Made by a program: the position numbers and the translations under genes. The notes under the pieces were generated by a model. That model had not been told where the DNA came from. It did no database searches and was given only the letters and a program-made list of their open reading frames with translations. From a virus (lineage: Duplodnaviria; Caudoviricetes), in the IMG/VR virus record IMGVR_UViG_3300011334_000184, positions 1 through 33,863 of that record: a stretch of DNA of 33,863 nucleotides; one strand, given 5' to 3'. The number at the start of each line of letters is the position of its first letter. Positions within the stretch are counted from its first letter, which is position 1. Positions 1 through 6,798 of the stretch are shown in pieces.

Positions 1-137
1 GATTAAGTGATGACGAGTTATCAGAGTTATTTGCTAAATGTGGATGGGTTGAAGAAAACGATAATTTGCGTGAATTAGGATTTTATAAACACGCAAGGAT
101 GCTTGAACAAGCATTAAAGGAAAAGAATTATGAATAA
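1..137 (+). CDS. 3' fragment of a modular 'box' family gene (..LSDDE..EQALKEKNYE*)
   Basis: Frame from nt 3 reads LSDDELSELFAKCGWVEENDNLRELGFYKHARMLEQALKEKNYE*. It carries the same boxes as 130..570 and 563..1108 and may be the end of the ORF starting at 33542. Confidence 0.8.
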   Translation, partial: LSDDELSELFAKCGWVEENDNLRELGFYKHARMLEQALKEKNYE

Positions 138-164
138 AGACGAAGCATTGAAGATGGCGATTGA
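103..164 (+). repeat. 62-bp perfect direct repeat, copy 1 (second copy 536..597); gene-junction box
   Basis: ttgaacaagcattaaaggaaaagaattatgaataaagacgaagcattgaagatggcgattga occurs at 103-164 and 536-597. It contains the stop of one gene and the SD (AAGGA) and ATG of the next. Confidence 0.95.
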
Positions 165-570
165 AGCGTTGGAAAGATATGGAGATGCTTATGGTGGTAC
201 TGATGGTGACTTTGAAGCATTGAAAGCATGTAAAGAAGCATTAGAACAAGACCAATTAAATCTATCCTGCAAGTCAGTACAGAAAAGACTAGCAACGCAA
301 TGGGGATATGTAGAACAGCCATTACAAGAACCTATGGCTATTATTATGCCAATTTATGATGATGACCCTCAATGGAATGATGTTATTGATTGTTATTTAC
401 CTCCTAATACAAAACTTTACACCCACCCTGCACCATCATGGCAAGGATTAAGTGATGATGAGATAAGAGCAATTGATGATGTAACGCTTGGTGATTATTA
501 TGTTGAAGAACTGGCTACTAAATTTGCTCGTGCTATTGAACAAGCATTAAAGGAAAAGAATTATGAATAA
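130..570 (+). CDS. Modular 'box' family hypothetical protein (MNKDEALKMAI...FARAIEQALKEKN)
   Basis: 146 aa, SD AAGGA, overlaps its neighbours and shares five conserved boxes with its paralogues. Confidence 0.85.
   Translation: MNKDEALKMAIEALERYGDAYGGTDGDFEALKACKEALEQDQLNLSCKSVQKRLATQWGYVEQPLQEPMAIIMPIYDDDPQWNDVIDCYLPPNTKLYTHPAPSWQGLSDDEIRAIDDVTLGDYYVEELATKFARAIEQALKEKNYE
420..464 (+). repeat. 45-bp perfect direct repeat (second copy 973..1017; partial copy 1..17)
   Basis: cacccaccctgcaccatcatggcaaggattaagtgatgatgagat, encoding THPAPSWQGLSDDE. Confidence 0.95.
523..561 (+). repeat. 39-bp perfect direct repeat (second copy 1064..1102; 19-bp core also at 110..128 and 1281..1299)
   Basis: tttgctcgtgctattgaacaagcattaaaggaaaagaat, encoding FARAIEQALKEKN. 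Confidence 0.95.
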
Positions 571-1108
571 AGACGAAGCATTGAAGATGGCGATTGACGA
601 TTTAGAGTTATGCAATGGTGCAGAAACAGTTGAAGGTATAATTATTTATACCCATGAAACAATCCAAGCCTGCAAAGAAGCATTAGAACAGCCAGCACAA
701 GATGCAGAACAATTTTTTGAACATGGTAAAAAGATAGCAAAGTGGGCTGATGGACAGAATAAACAGCCAGCACAAGAACCTGTAACGTTATTAGAAGCAT
801 TGTCAGATTTAGAACATCAACAATGGATGAAGTGGGCGCAATCTATTATTGATAGTGAACCTATTAGCGAAGCAAGAAAGCAACGTTGGGCTACGATGAT
901 GGTTGACTATAAAGACTTGCCTGACAATATCCAAGAGTACGATAGGGAATGGGCTAGAAAAGTATTAGCTATCACCCACCCTGCACCATCATGGCAAGGA
1001 TTAAGTGATGATGAGATGGAGAAAATTCATAGCAAATGGATGGAATGGGAAAATACAATGGATTTTGCTCGTGCTATTGAACAAGCATTAAAGGAAAAGA
1101 ATATATGA
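563..1108 (+). CDS. Modular 'box' family protein carrying a RyR-repeat-like insert
   Basis: 181 aa with the same boxes. The insert LSDLEHQQWM...MVDYKDLPDNIQEYDRE resembles the RyR domain pattern. Confidence 0.85.
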   Translation: MNKDEALKMAIDDLELCNGAETVEGIIIYTHETIQACKEALEQPAQDAEQFFEHGKKIAKWADGQNKQPAQEPVTLLEALSDLEHQQWMKWAQSIIDSEPISEARKQRWATMMVDYKDLPDNIQEYDREWARKVLAITHPAPSWQGLSDDEMEKIHSKWMEWENTMDFARAIEQALKEKNI

Positions 1109-1314
1109 TAGTGCCTAGAATAACTTTGCCTGAAAATGATTATAGCCGTATGGTTAATTATACAACTAGAACCAATCCTGAATTTCATTACAGAGAATTA
1201 GAACGTATTAAAACAGGAACATGGTTTTTTGGTTTATTTAATACATACAAATATGAATGGTCTGAATGGAAAACAGATTCAGCATTAAAGGAAAAGAATC
1301 ATGCTAGAACATGA
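1105..1314 (+). CDS. Hypothetical protein ending in the shared ALKEKN box
   Basis: 69 aa, ATGA overlap, SD inside the repeat box; body unrelated to the paralogues. Confidence 0.7.
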   Translation: MIVPRITLPENDYSRMVNYTTRTNPEFHYRELERIKTGTWFFGLFNTYKYEWSEWKTDSALKEKNHART

Positions 1315-1627
1315 CAAATTGCCGTTCAAGAAAATGATGGGCGCTCTCACTACGAACTATGGGAAGCCTGACCTTGACATCGAGATGCTTCGTTTGTGGT
1401 GGGGAAAATTAAAGGTGTATGACTTCAACATGGTATCAATGGCACTAAGCAAGTGGATAGGCACAAACAAGAAGATGCCAACGATTGCTGATGTGATAGA
1501 GTTATGCAAAGCACAAGAGCAACGCGTGTTTAGTATGGCATTGCCACGTAGGTATACAGATGAGGAACGCCAGGCTAATCGTGATAGGCTTGCTGACATG
1601 AGAAAAGAATTGGGGTGGAAGCAATGA
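1301..1627 (+). CDS. Putative helicase loader/inhibitor (SPP1 G39P / lambda P-position protein)
   Basis: Small helical protein with the pattern W..L..Y....V..AL..W......MPTIADV. Lies downstream of the initiator once the genome is circularised. Confidence 0.6.
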   Translation: MLEHDKLPFKKMMGALTTNYGKPDLDIEMLRLWWGKLKVYDFNMVSMALSKWIGTNKKMPTIADVIELCKAQEQRVFSMALPRRYTDEERQANRDRLADMRKELGWKQ

Positions 1628-2586
1628 AATACTTATCAGTATGTAGTGGGGTAGAAGCTGCAACAGTTGCATGGCACGATTTAGGATGGAGTCCTGTAGG
1701 ATTTTCAGAAATTGAGAAGTTTCCTAGCCAAGTTTTACAACATCACTACCCAAGCGTTCCTAACCTTGGTGATATGACTAAATACAATGAATGGAATATC
1801 AATGAACCAATCAACCTTCTTGTGGGAGGAACCCCATGTCAATCTTTCTCAGTCGCAGGACTCAGAAAAGGACTTTCAGACCCTCGTGGAAACTTGGCAC
1901 TCGTCTATCTTGGAATTGCTGACAAATTTAAGCCAAAATGGATTGTGTGGGAAAATGTCCCAGGAGTCCTTAGTTCAAATAGTGGACGGGACTTTGGCTC
2001 CTTCCTCGGGGCGTTGGCTGAACTCGGGTATGGGTTCGCATACCGAGTGCTTGACGCTCAAAATTTCGGAGTCCCACAAAGACGCAGGAGAGTGTTTGTT
2101 GTCGGATGTCTTGGAGATTGGCGAAGTGCTGCCTCAGTATTATTTGAGCGCGAAAGCATGTCAAGGGATATTGAGAAGGGCAAAAAAGAGAAACAAGACA
2201 TTGCCAAGTGCATTACAACAGGCATTGGAACAAGGTATGATGGAGAAACAGATACCTTCGTTATAACAAAAGTTTATGAAACTCATCCAGCAGATAGTCG
2301 CGTAAAAGAAATGGGCGATATTTGCCAAACTGTTACTAGGAGATGGGGGTCTGGTGGTGGTAATGTGCCTCTCGTATCTAAAAATATGCAAGTTAGAAGA
2401 TTAACGCCACTAGAATGTGAAAGATTACAAGGGTTTCCAGATAACTATACTAAAATATCTGAAAGTTCAGCAGATAGTAATCGATATAAAGCAATGGGAA
2501 ACAGCATGGCTGTGCCAGTTATGAAATGGATTGGAGAACGAATTGAAATGGTACGCCTGGGGCAATTACGCAATAGTGAACTTTAA
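1624..2586 (+). CDS. DNA (cytosine-5) methyltransferase
   Basis: Motif I (SVCSGVEA), IV (GGTPCQSFS), VI (ENVPG), VIII (QRRRRVF), IX (RRLTPLECERLQGFP) and X (YKAMGNS). Start at 1624 preferred because of the ATGA overlap. Confidence 0.95.
   Translation: MKYLSVCSGVEAATVAWHDLGWSPVGFSEIEKFPSQVLQHHYPSVPNLGDMTKYNEWNINEPINLLVGGTPCQSFSVAGLRKGLSDPRGNLALVYLGIADKFKPKWIVWENVPGVLSSNSGRDFGSFLGALAELGYGFAYRVLDAQNFGVPQRRRRVFVVGCLGDWRSAASVLFERESMSRDIEKGKKEKQDIAKCITTGIGTRYDGETDTFVITKVYETHPADSRVKEMGDICQTVTRRWGSGGGNVPLVSKNMQVRRLTPLECERLQGFPDNYTKISESSADSNRYKAMGNSMAVPVMKWIGERIEMVRLGQLRNSEL
1787..2266 (+). CDS. Nested alternative-frame ORF, M.EcoHK31I beta-polypeptide-like
   Basis: 159 codons open in the +1 frame entirely inside the MTase. 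SSGRWLNSGM...ECLLSDVLE...YYLS.KACQGILRRA matches the recalled beta-subunit pattern. Confidence 0.65.
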   Translation: MNGISMNQSTFLWEEPHVNLSQSQDSEKDFQTLVETWHSSILELLTNLSQNGLCGKMSQESLVQIVDGTLAPSSGRWLNSGMGSHTECLTLKISESHKDAGECLLSDVLEIGEVLPQYYLSAKACQGILRRAKKRNKTLPSALQQALEQGMMEKQIPSL

Positions 2587-2767
2587 ATATAAGCCAGGGG
2601 ATGTGGATAAAGTCATACGCATGAAAGGCTATGCAATTTCTAAATCCCCTCGCCTAGAAGGTGGCAATGTTTACCAAGTGTGGAAACTTCCCTCTGAGCT
2701 GCTGGCCAAATTCAATGTGGTCGAAGATGCCAAAAAGTATGTTGAGGGATTGCCTGCTCAGGATTGA
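2531..2767 (+). CDS. Hypothetical protein
   Basis: 78-aa ORF at the end of the rightward operon; start uncertain. Confidence 0.6.
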   Translation: MENELKWYAWGNYAIVNFKYKPGDVDKVIRMKGYAISKSPRLEGGNVYQVWKLPSELLAKFNVVEDAKKYVEGLPAQD

Positions 2768-2868
2768 AAATAATATTTCAAAATGCTAACCCAAGTTTAG
2801 GGGCCATGATAAAAATTTATCCACAGAAAAAAATATCTACGCCCCTTCGCCTATATTTTGGTTTTAGC

Positions 2869-2934
2869 AAAAATGGCAAAAAAGTTTAAAAATATCGTAA
2901 AAAGTAAACTCAAAGTTTACAAAATTACAGAAAA
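2869..2934. other. Helically phased A-tracts (predicted intrinsically bent DNA)
   Basis: A-tract 3' ends at 2873, 2883, 2892, 2903, 2914, 2924 and 2934. Confidence 0.65.
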
Positions 2935-3107
2935 GTAAACTAAGCGAAACGATTGTAAAAATTGACATTACATAAGCGCGCATAACGCACAATCATAATC
3001 AGGGATAAGTATTGCTATTAGATTGATATTAAAATGCGATAGCGGGCTTTAAAATAGCCTTAGCGGGCGTTTCATTGTTTAATTCACCATGCCACAATCA
3101 ATAGGCA

Positions 3108-3132
3108 ATAAAAAAGCCCCGATTAAGGGGCT
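3108..3132 (-). terminator. Rho-independent terminator of the leftward small-gene cluster
   Basis: Minus strand AGCCCC-TTAATC-GGGGCT followed by a T-run, just after the stop at 3138. Confidence 0.85.
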
Positions 3133-3137
3133 AATTC

Positions 3138-3281
3138 TTACTTGATAGCGTTAAGCGCTTTATTGTCGTTGCTATATGAGTGCCATTCTGGATAGCGAAA
3201 AGCAAAGTCTAATAAATTGCATTGATTTTTACCGATAGCTACAAAAGGCGTAACGGTTCCGTGATAGATAGCAAGTTTCAT
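3138..3281 (-). CDS. Small hypothetical protein (47 aa, MKLAIYHGTVTPF...), not in ORF track
   Basis: SD GAGGGG, ATG at 3281, TAA just before the terminator. Confidence 0.65.
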   Translation of the reverse strand: MKLAIYHGTVTPFVAIGKNQCNLLDFAFRYPEWHSYSNDNKALNAIK

Positions 3282-3283
3282 AA

Positions 3284-3493
3284 TTAAACCCCTCTTAAGT
3301 CATAATTTTGCGGATAATCTAACGGCTCAATAGTTAAGCATACCTGGCGGCATCCGTTATCGTGTACAGAATGGCGCTCATAAGTTATTGTGCCTTTTAA
3401 TTCTGTGAATTGGCTTTCTGTTACTTCGATAATATCTGGCTCACTATCCGCTATGCAATATGAGAAAAATCTAACATTTATATTTTCAATCAT
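3284..3493 (-). CDS. Hypothetical protein
   Basis: 69 aa, SD AAGGGG, tightly packed cluster. Confidence 0.75.
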   Translation of the reverse strand: MIENINVRFFSYCIADSEPDIIEVTESQFTELKGTITYERHSVHDNGCRQVCLTIEPLDYPQNYDLRGV

Positions 3494-3504
3494 GATTAAA
3501 CCCC

Positions 3505-3777
3505 TTAAAAAGATATTCTATAAGTCATATATTTAGGTTCATTGCTATCTGGATTAAGAAGTACGCTAAACTCATTAAAGCAATTAGCCACAAAATGACT
3601 AGCGGGCTTGTCAAGGTGAAGCCATGAACCGCCTTCAAATTGAATAGCATTAGACTGGCGTTTAATAATTTTGCGCGGCTTGTCAATCATTGGCGCGTTT
3701 GGATACCAGTCATGCTTAATCATGGTAAGTGTTGAGCCTTCAGTTAAGGCGCGTTTAATATCGCTAAATGTTTTCAT
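3505..3777 (-). CDS. Hypothetical protein
   Basis: 90 aa, SD AAAGG. Confidence 0.8.
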   Translation of the reverse strand: MKTFSDIKRALTEGSTLTMIKHDWYPNAPMIDKPRKIIKRQSNAIQFEGGSWLHLDKPASHFVANCFNEFSVLLNPDSNEPKYMTYRISF

Positions 3778-3860
3778 AATCGTAAACCTTTCATCGTGTT
3801 GTTATCGTATGGCTTAATGCAAGCCCTTAAACCCCCGTTAAGAGGGGCTTAAAAATTGCA

Positions 3861-4055
3861 TTATATAATTGCTTTATATAAAGAGCGCGGCTCAGTGCTT
3901 AGATTTTCCACATTTAAAATACATGATAATGGCGCTTTTTCAGTATTTAAAAAACAATCAATGGCGCTTTGCTCACTACTATGGCCATATATAACCATGC
4001 TATATATGCCGCTATCGCTTCGGGCCGTGATTTTGTATTGTCGTATGCTAACCAT
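3861..4055 (-). CDS. Hypothetical protein
   Basis: 64 aa, SD GGGG, starts 2 nt after the upstream stop. Confidence 0.65.
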   Translation of the reverse strand: MVSIRQYKITARSDSGIYSMVIYGHSSEQSAIDCFLNTEKAPLSCILNVENLSTEPRSLYKAII

Positions 4056-4057
4056 GA

Positions 4058-4306
4058 TTAAGACCCCATTACAGAATTTGAGAATGTAAAATAATAGCCG
4101 TCATTGTCCCCGCCATAACCCATGTTAGATATATCCCAATCAAGGTTATTATCAGCTACTAGCTTTTTAACGGCCTCAAAGTGTAGCTTTTCATAACTTA
4201 ACGGGCTACTTGATGAGATTGTGGCCGTGAAGCCATTAGCATAGGCTTTAATGCGCCCGCCCTTTGTATTTGTTGGGCTTAGATATTTAGTTTTAATAAT
4301 AATCAT
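4058..4306 (-). CDS. Hypothetical protein (TKYLSPTNTKGGRIKA family)
   Basis: 82 aa, SD AAGGA; N-terminal motif recalled as common in phage early genes. Confidence 0.8.
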   Translation of the reverse strand: MIIIKTKYLSPTNTKGGRIKAYANGFTATISSSSPLSYEKLHFEAVKKLVADNNLDWDISNMGYGGDNDGYYFTFSNSVMGS

Positions 4307-4367
4307 AGTGTCGTGTCCTTATCGTTATTTAAGTAGTGGTATGTTCCAAAATGGAACCAGCCATATA

Positions 4368-4529
4368 TTAATATTTTACTTGCTTTATATCGCCAACATT
4401 ATCGCCTGGCCTTAAATACATAGCTTGCGAAATTGCATCATTTTCACTTTTTGCTTTCACTAAAATCGTTTGATGACTAAAGCCCTTTGAGCCTTTAAAT
4501 ATTGGGAATGCTATCAAATAACTGTGCAT
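4368..4529 (-). CDS. Small hypothetical protein (53 aa, MHSYLIAFPIFKG...), not in ORF track
   Basis: SD AGGA, ATG at 4529, TAA at 4370-4368. Confidence 0.7.
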   Translation of the reverse strand: MHSYLIAFPIFKGSKGFSHQTILVKAKSENDAISQAMYLRPGDNVGDIKQVKY

Positions 4530-4541
4530 GGTGTCGTTTTC

Positions 4542-4646
4542 CTATCGTAATAAAGGTGAATTGTTTAATGCAAAATCTAATGAGTAGCAAAATGCTATAA
4601 AAGCAATAGCCGTTAGAATGTATAAAGCCCAGTCGTGGTTTTTCAT
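4542..4646 (-). CDS. Small membrane peptide (34 aa, MKNHDWALYILTAIAFIAFCYSL...), not in ORF track
   Basis: SD GAGG, starts 1 nt after the upstream stop, one hydrophobic stretch. Confidence 0.6.
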   Translation of the reverse strand: MKNHDWALYILTAIAFIAFCYSLDFALNNSPLLR

Positions 4647-4647
4647 G

Positions 4648-4854
4648 TTAAGCCTCGAAGTCCGCATTAACGATTGAATTGATAAAGGCTTGCCTTGCTT
4701 GCTCATTGTCGAAATAGAATTCTACTTGCTCATAAATTGGTTCTTTATCTGACTTGTGCTGAGTGCATACTTGAAGTTTAAGAGTACAAAAAGTCTCGAA
4801 AGTATTGCCACGAGCGTGTACTGATTTAACATTGTGTAGTGATAATGAAGCCAT
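4648..4854 (-). CDS. Hypothetical protein
   Basis: 68 aa, SD AGGA; first gene of the leftward cluster. Confidence 0.75.
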   Translation of the reverse strand: MASLSLHNVKSVHARGNTFETFCTLKLQVCTQHKSDKEPIYEQVEFYFDNEQARQAFINSIVNADFEA

Positions 4855-5035
4855 GATTGTCGTTTCCTATATAGTGTAAAAATCGTTTAATTAACAACTG
4901 CCTATTTTTTAATCAGCTCGGTGTTTCGTTCGCTGATGTCGCATTATAATCATGAAACGTATTGCATAGGGTAAACAATTGTTTTTATGGTAAAGTATTA
5001 ATTGATAGTTTTTACTTATTGATAAGGTTAAGTGA

Positions 5036-5635
5036 TTGTTTAATATACCTAAAACAAAGCCCGCGATTGAGCTTAAAGAAAAGCACGAAGATGCTAGGCG
5101 CTTTAGTGTTGTGCCATTAAGGGCAATTCACGATAAGAGACTCACCAGGGGGGACTTAATCAACCTTATTGCTTTATGTTCTTATTGTTCAAACAACGGC
5201 TTTACATTCGTTGCACATTCCACAATCGCTCAATTAAGAGGTTGCAGCGTACAAAATACGTCACGGGGATTAAAGAAACTTGAGAGGCTCGGATACTTTG
5301 AGCAAGTTAGAAAAGGTTACACGGGCTTAAGAGGTTCATTAAAGCGTGTCGTATTCGATGACTCATTAACAATTGAAGACATTATAAGTATAAGTAACAC
5401 ACCAATAGAACAACCAACCAAAGAGGCTCAAACAATGGCTAGATATAAGAAGGCAACAACACCAACCAATAACCAAGTAGATGCAAATACACCGATAAGT
5501 TTTAATGATGCGGTACTAGTTGTTTCTCACTCTCTCAAGTCTGATTCTAATCTGCTCACTCTCGAGCGTATCGTATCCCAAGGCATCTCACGCGGTGAGT
5601 TACTCAAGCGCCTGGATGAGGGTACCCTATTCTAG
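5036..5635 (+). CDS. Winged helix-turn-helix protein (HTH_36-like)
   Basis: FSVVP..AIHDKRLT...LIALCSY....FVAHSTIAQLRGCSVQNTSRGLKKLERLGY is the typical N-terminal wHTH of phage replication/regulatory proteins. TTG start. Confidence 0.75.
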   Translation: MFNIPKTKPAIELKEKHEDARRFSVVPLRAIHDKRLTRGDLINLIALCSYCSNNGFTFVAHSTIAQLRGCSVQNTSRGLKKLERLGYFEQVRKGYTGLRGSLKRVVFDDSLTIEDIISISNTPIEQPTKEAQTMARYKKATTPTNNQVDANTPISFNDAVLVVSHSLKSDSNLLTLERIVSQGISRGELLKRLDEGTLF

Positions 5636-5883
5636 CTAGGAATATTCAATGGGGTTAGTGCGAATCGTGTTGAGTGTAGCGTGTGAGAGAAGCCACCCCT
5701 TGCCCCCCTGCCCCATCGCCTAGCGGTAGGGGTACATGAAGCAATTTTTCCTGAGTTTTTTGTAGTACAGATACTTACCATGATGTATATAGCATGCGTA
5801 TATACTTGTGTTTAGACATATTGTAACTAGGCTTTAAAGACAATACCTAACCTAACCCGAATAAATAAAGTATTCAGTTATAA

Positions 5884-6070
5884 ACACCCTAAGGTGCGCT
5901 ACTCTCGTTTATCTAATCTATACCTGTATGGTACCCACAGCTCTTGGCCCCGATTTTATCACTAACCTTGCATATAGCGCGTATTAGCCTTTAAGGAGTA
6001 CCCTGCGGTTCGATATGTTTATCTGCATCTGTCGTAGCTACATTTGCAAGGGCTGGGTAATGGCCCCGTT
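5884..6070 (-). ncRNA. Candidate structured non-coding RNA
   Basis: No long ORF. Long-range stem 6037-6061/5958-5978 has G-U pairs on the minus strand; sigma70-like promoter lies immediately upstream. Confidence 0.4.
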
Positions 6071-6076
6071 CTGTTT

Positions 6077-6104
6077 AATATACTCTTTTTATATATTTTT
6101 GCAA
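6077..6104 (-). promoter_or_regulatory. Sigma70-like promoter (TTGCAA-16-TATATT)
   Basis: -35 at 6104-6099 and -10 at 6082-6077 on the minus strand. Confidence 0.5.
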
Positions 6105-6155
6105 GTAATTTATTATGATATACTGAGCTATCTAGTGGATATATAAGGGGTTGAC

Positions 6156-6272
6156 ATGTTATGGGTATTGGTAGGTGGGTTAGTAATCTTTATTGCATGG
6201 ATTGCAATTGATATGCTAATAGAGAAGGTATTTGACAATAGTGATTTAGGAGATTCAGACTATGGCTGTTAA
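6156..6272 (+). CDS. Small membrane protein (38 aa, MLWVLVGGLVIFIAWIAI...), not in ORF track
   Basis: SD AAGGGG, hydrophobic N-terminus, acidic tail, overlaps the next gene. Confidence 0.6.
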   Translation: MLWVLVGGLVIFIAWIAIDMLIEKVFDNSDLGDSDYGC

Positions 6273-6447
6273 TGAATATAATAAGTTCTTAGTGCGATTG
6301 ACACCAAAGACTAGGGCTATGTTAGATGCTGCACATAAAGATAAGGAAATGCCTAGGGCGCATATTGTGAACCTAGCATTAAAGAGTTATCTTAAAGAAT
6401 ATAGTAATGTAGATTTAAATGCACGTTTAAACGCGTTAAATGTATGA
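6262..6447 (+). CDS. Ribbon-helix-helix (Arc/CopG-like) DNA-binding protein
   Basis: KFLVRLT strand followed by two helices (..MPRAHIVNLALKSYL); SD AGGAG. Confidence 0.7.
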   Translation: MAVNEYNKFLVRLTPKTRAMLDAAHKDKEMPRAHIVNLALKSYLKEYSNVDLNARLNALNV

Positions 6448-6797
6448 TACTAACGCTACCTTATCCACCATCAGTCAACACGTACTGGAGAGCAAATGGT
6501 AAAAGACGCTTCATTTCTAAAGCTGGTGTGGAGTTTAAACATGCTGTGCAGGAATATGTTATCAATAATGCAATTCCTAAACTTGGCAGCGCTCGCCTTC
6601 GTGTGGACATTGTTATTCGCCCTCGTAGTCGTCGCGTATTTGATATTGACAATCTGCTCAAAGCTATCCTCGATGCTCTCATGAACGCTGGCGTATACGA
6701 TGATGATAGCCAAGTAGATGATTTACACATAACCCGTGGCGACCCATGCCCTAATGGGGCTTGTTTAGTAGTAATCGAAACAATCAAAGGAGATTAA
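6444..6797 (+). CDS. rusA: RusA-family Holliday junction resolvase
   Basis: LPYPPSVNTYWR, DIDNLLKAILDAL and GVYDDDSQV motifs. Confidence 0.95.
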   Translation: MILTLPYPPSVNTYWRANGKRRFISKAGVEFKHAVQEYVINNAIPKLGSARLRVDIVIRPRSRRVFDIDNLLKAILDALMNAGVYDDDSQVDDLHITRGDPCPNGACLVVIETIKGD

Positions 6798-6798
6798 A

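Noticed and set aside
1-1314. CRISPR array interpretation of the repeats
   Set aside because: Several different repeat types in a fixed order, all in frame within ORFs, with very unequal spacers; no cas genes.
3856-4089. Plus-strand 77-aa ORF
   Set aside because: Antisense to the coherent leftward cluster, whose genes have SDs and a terminator.
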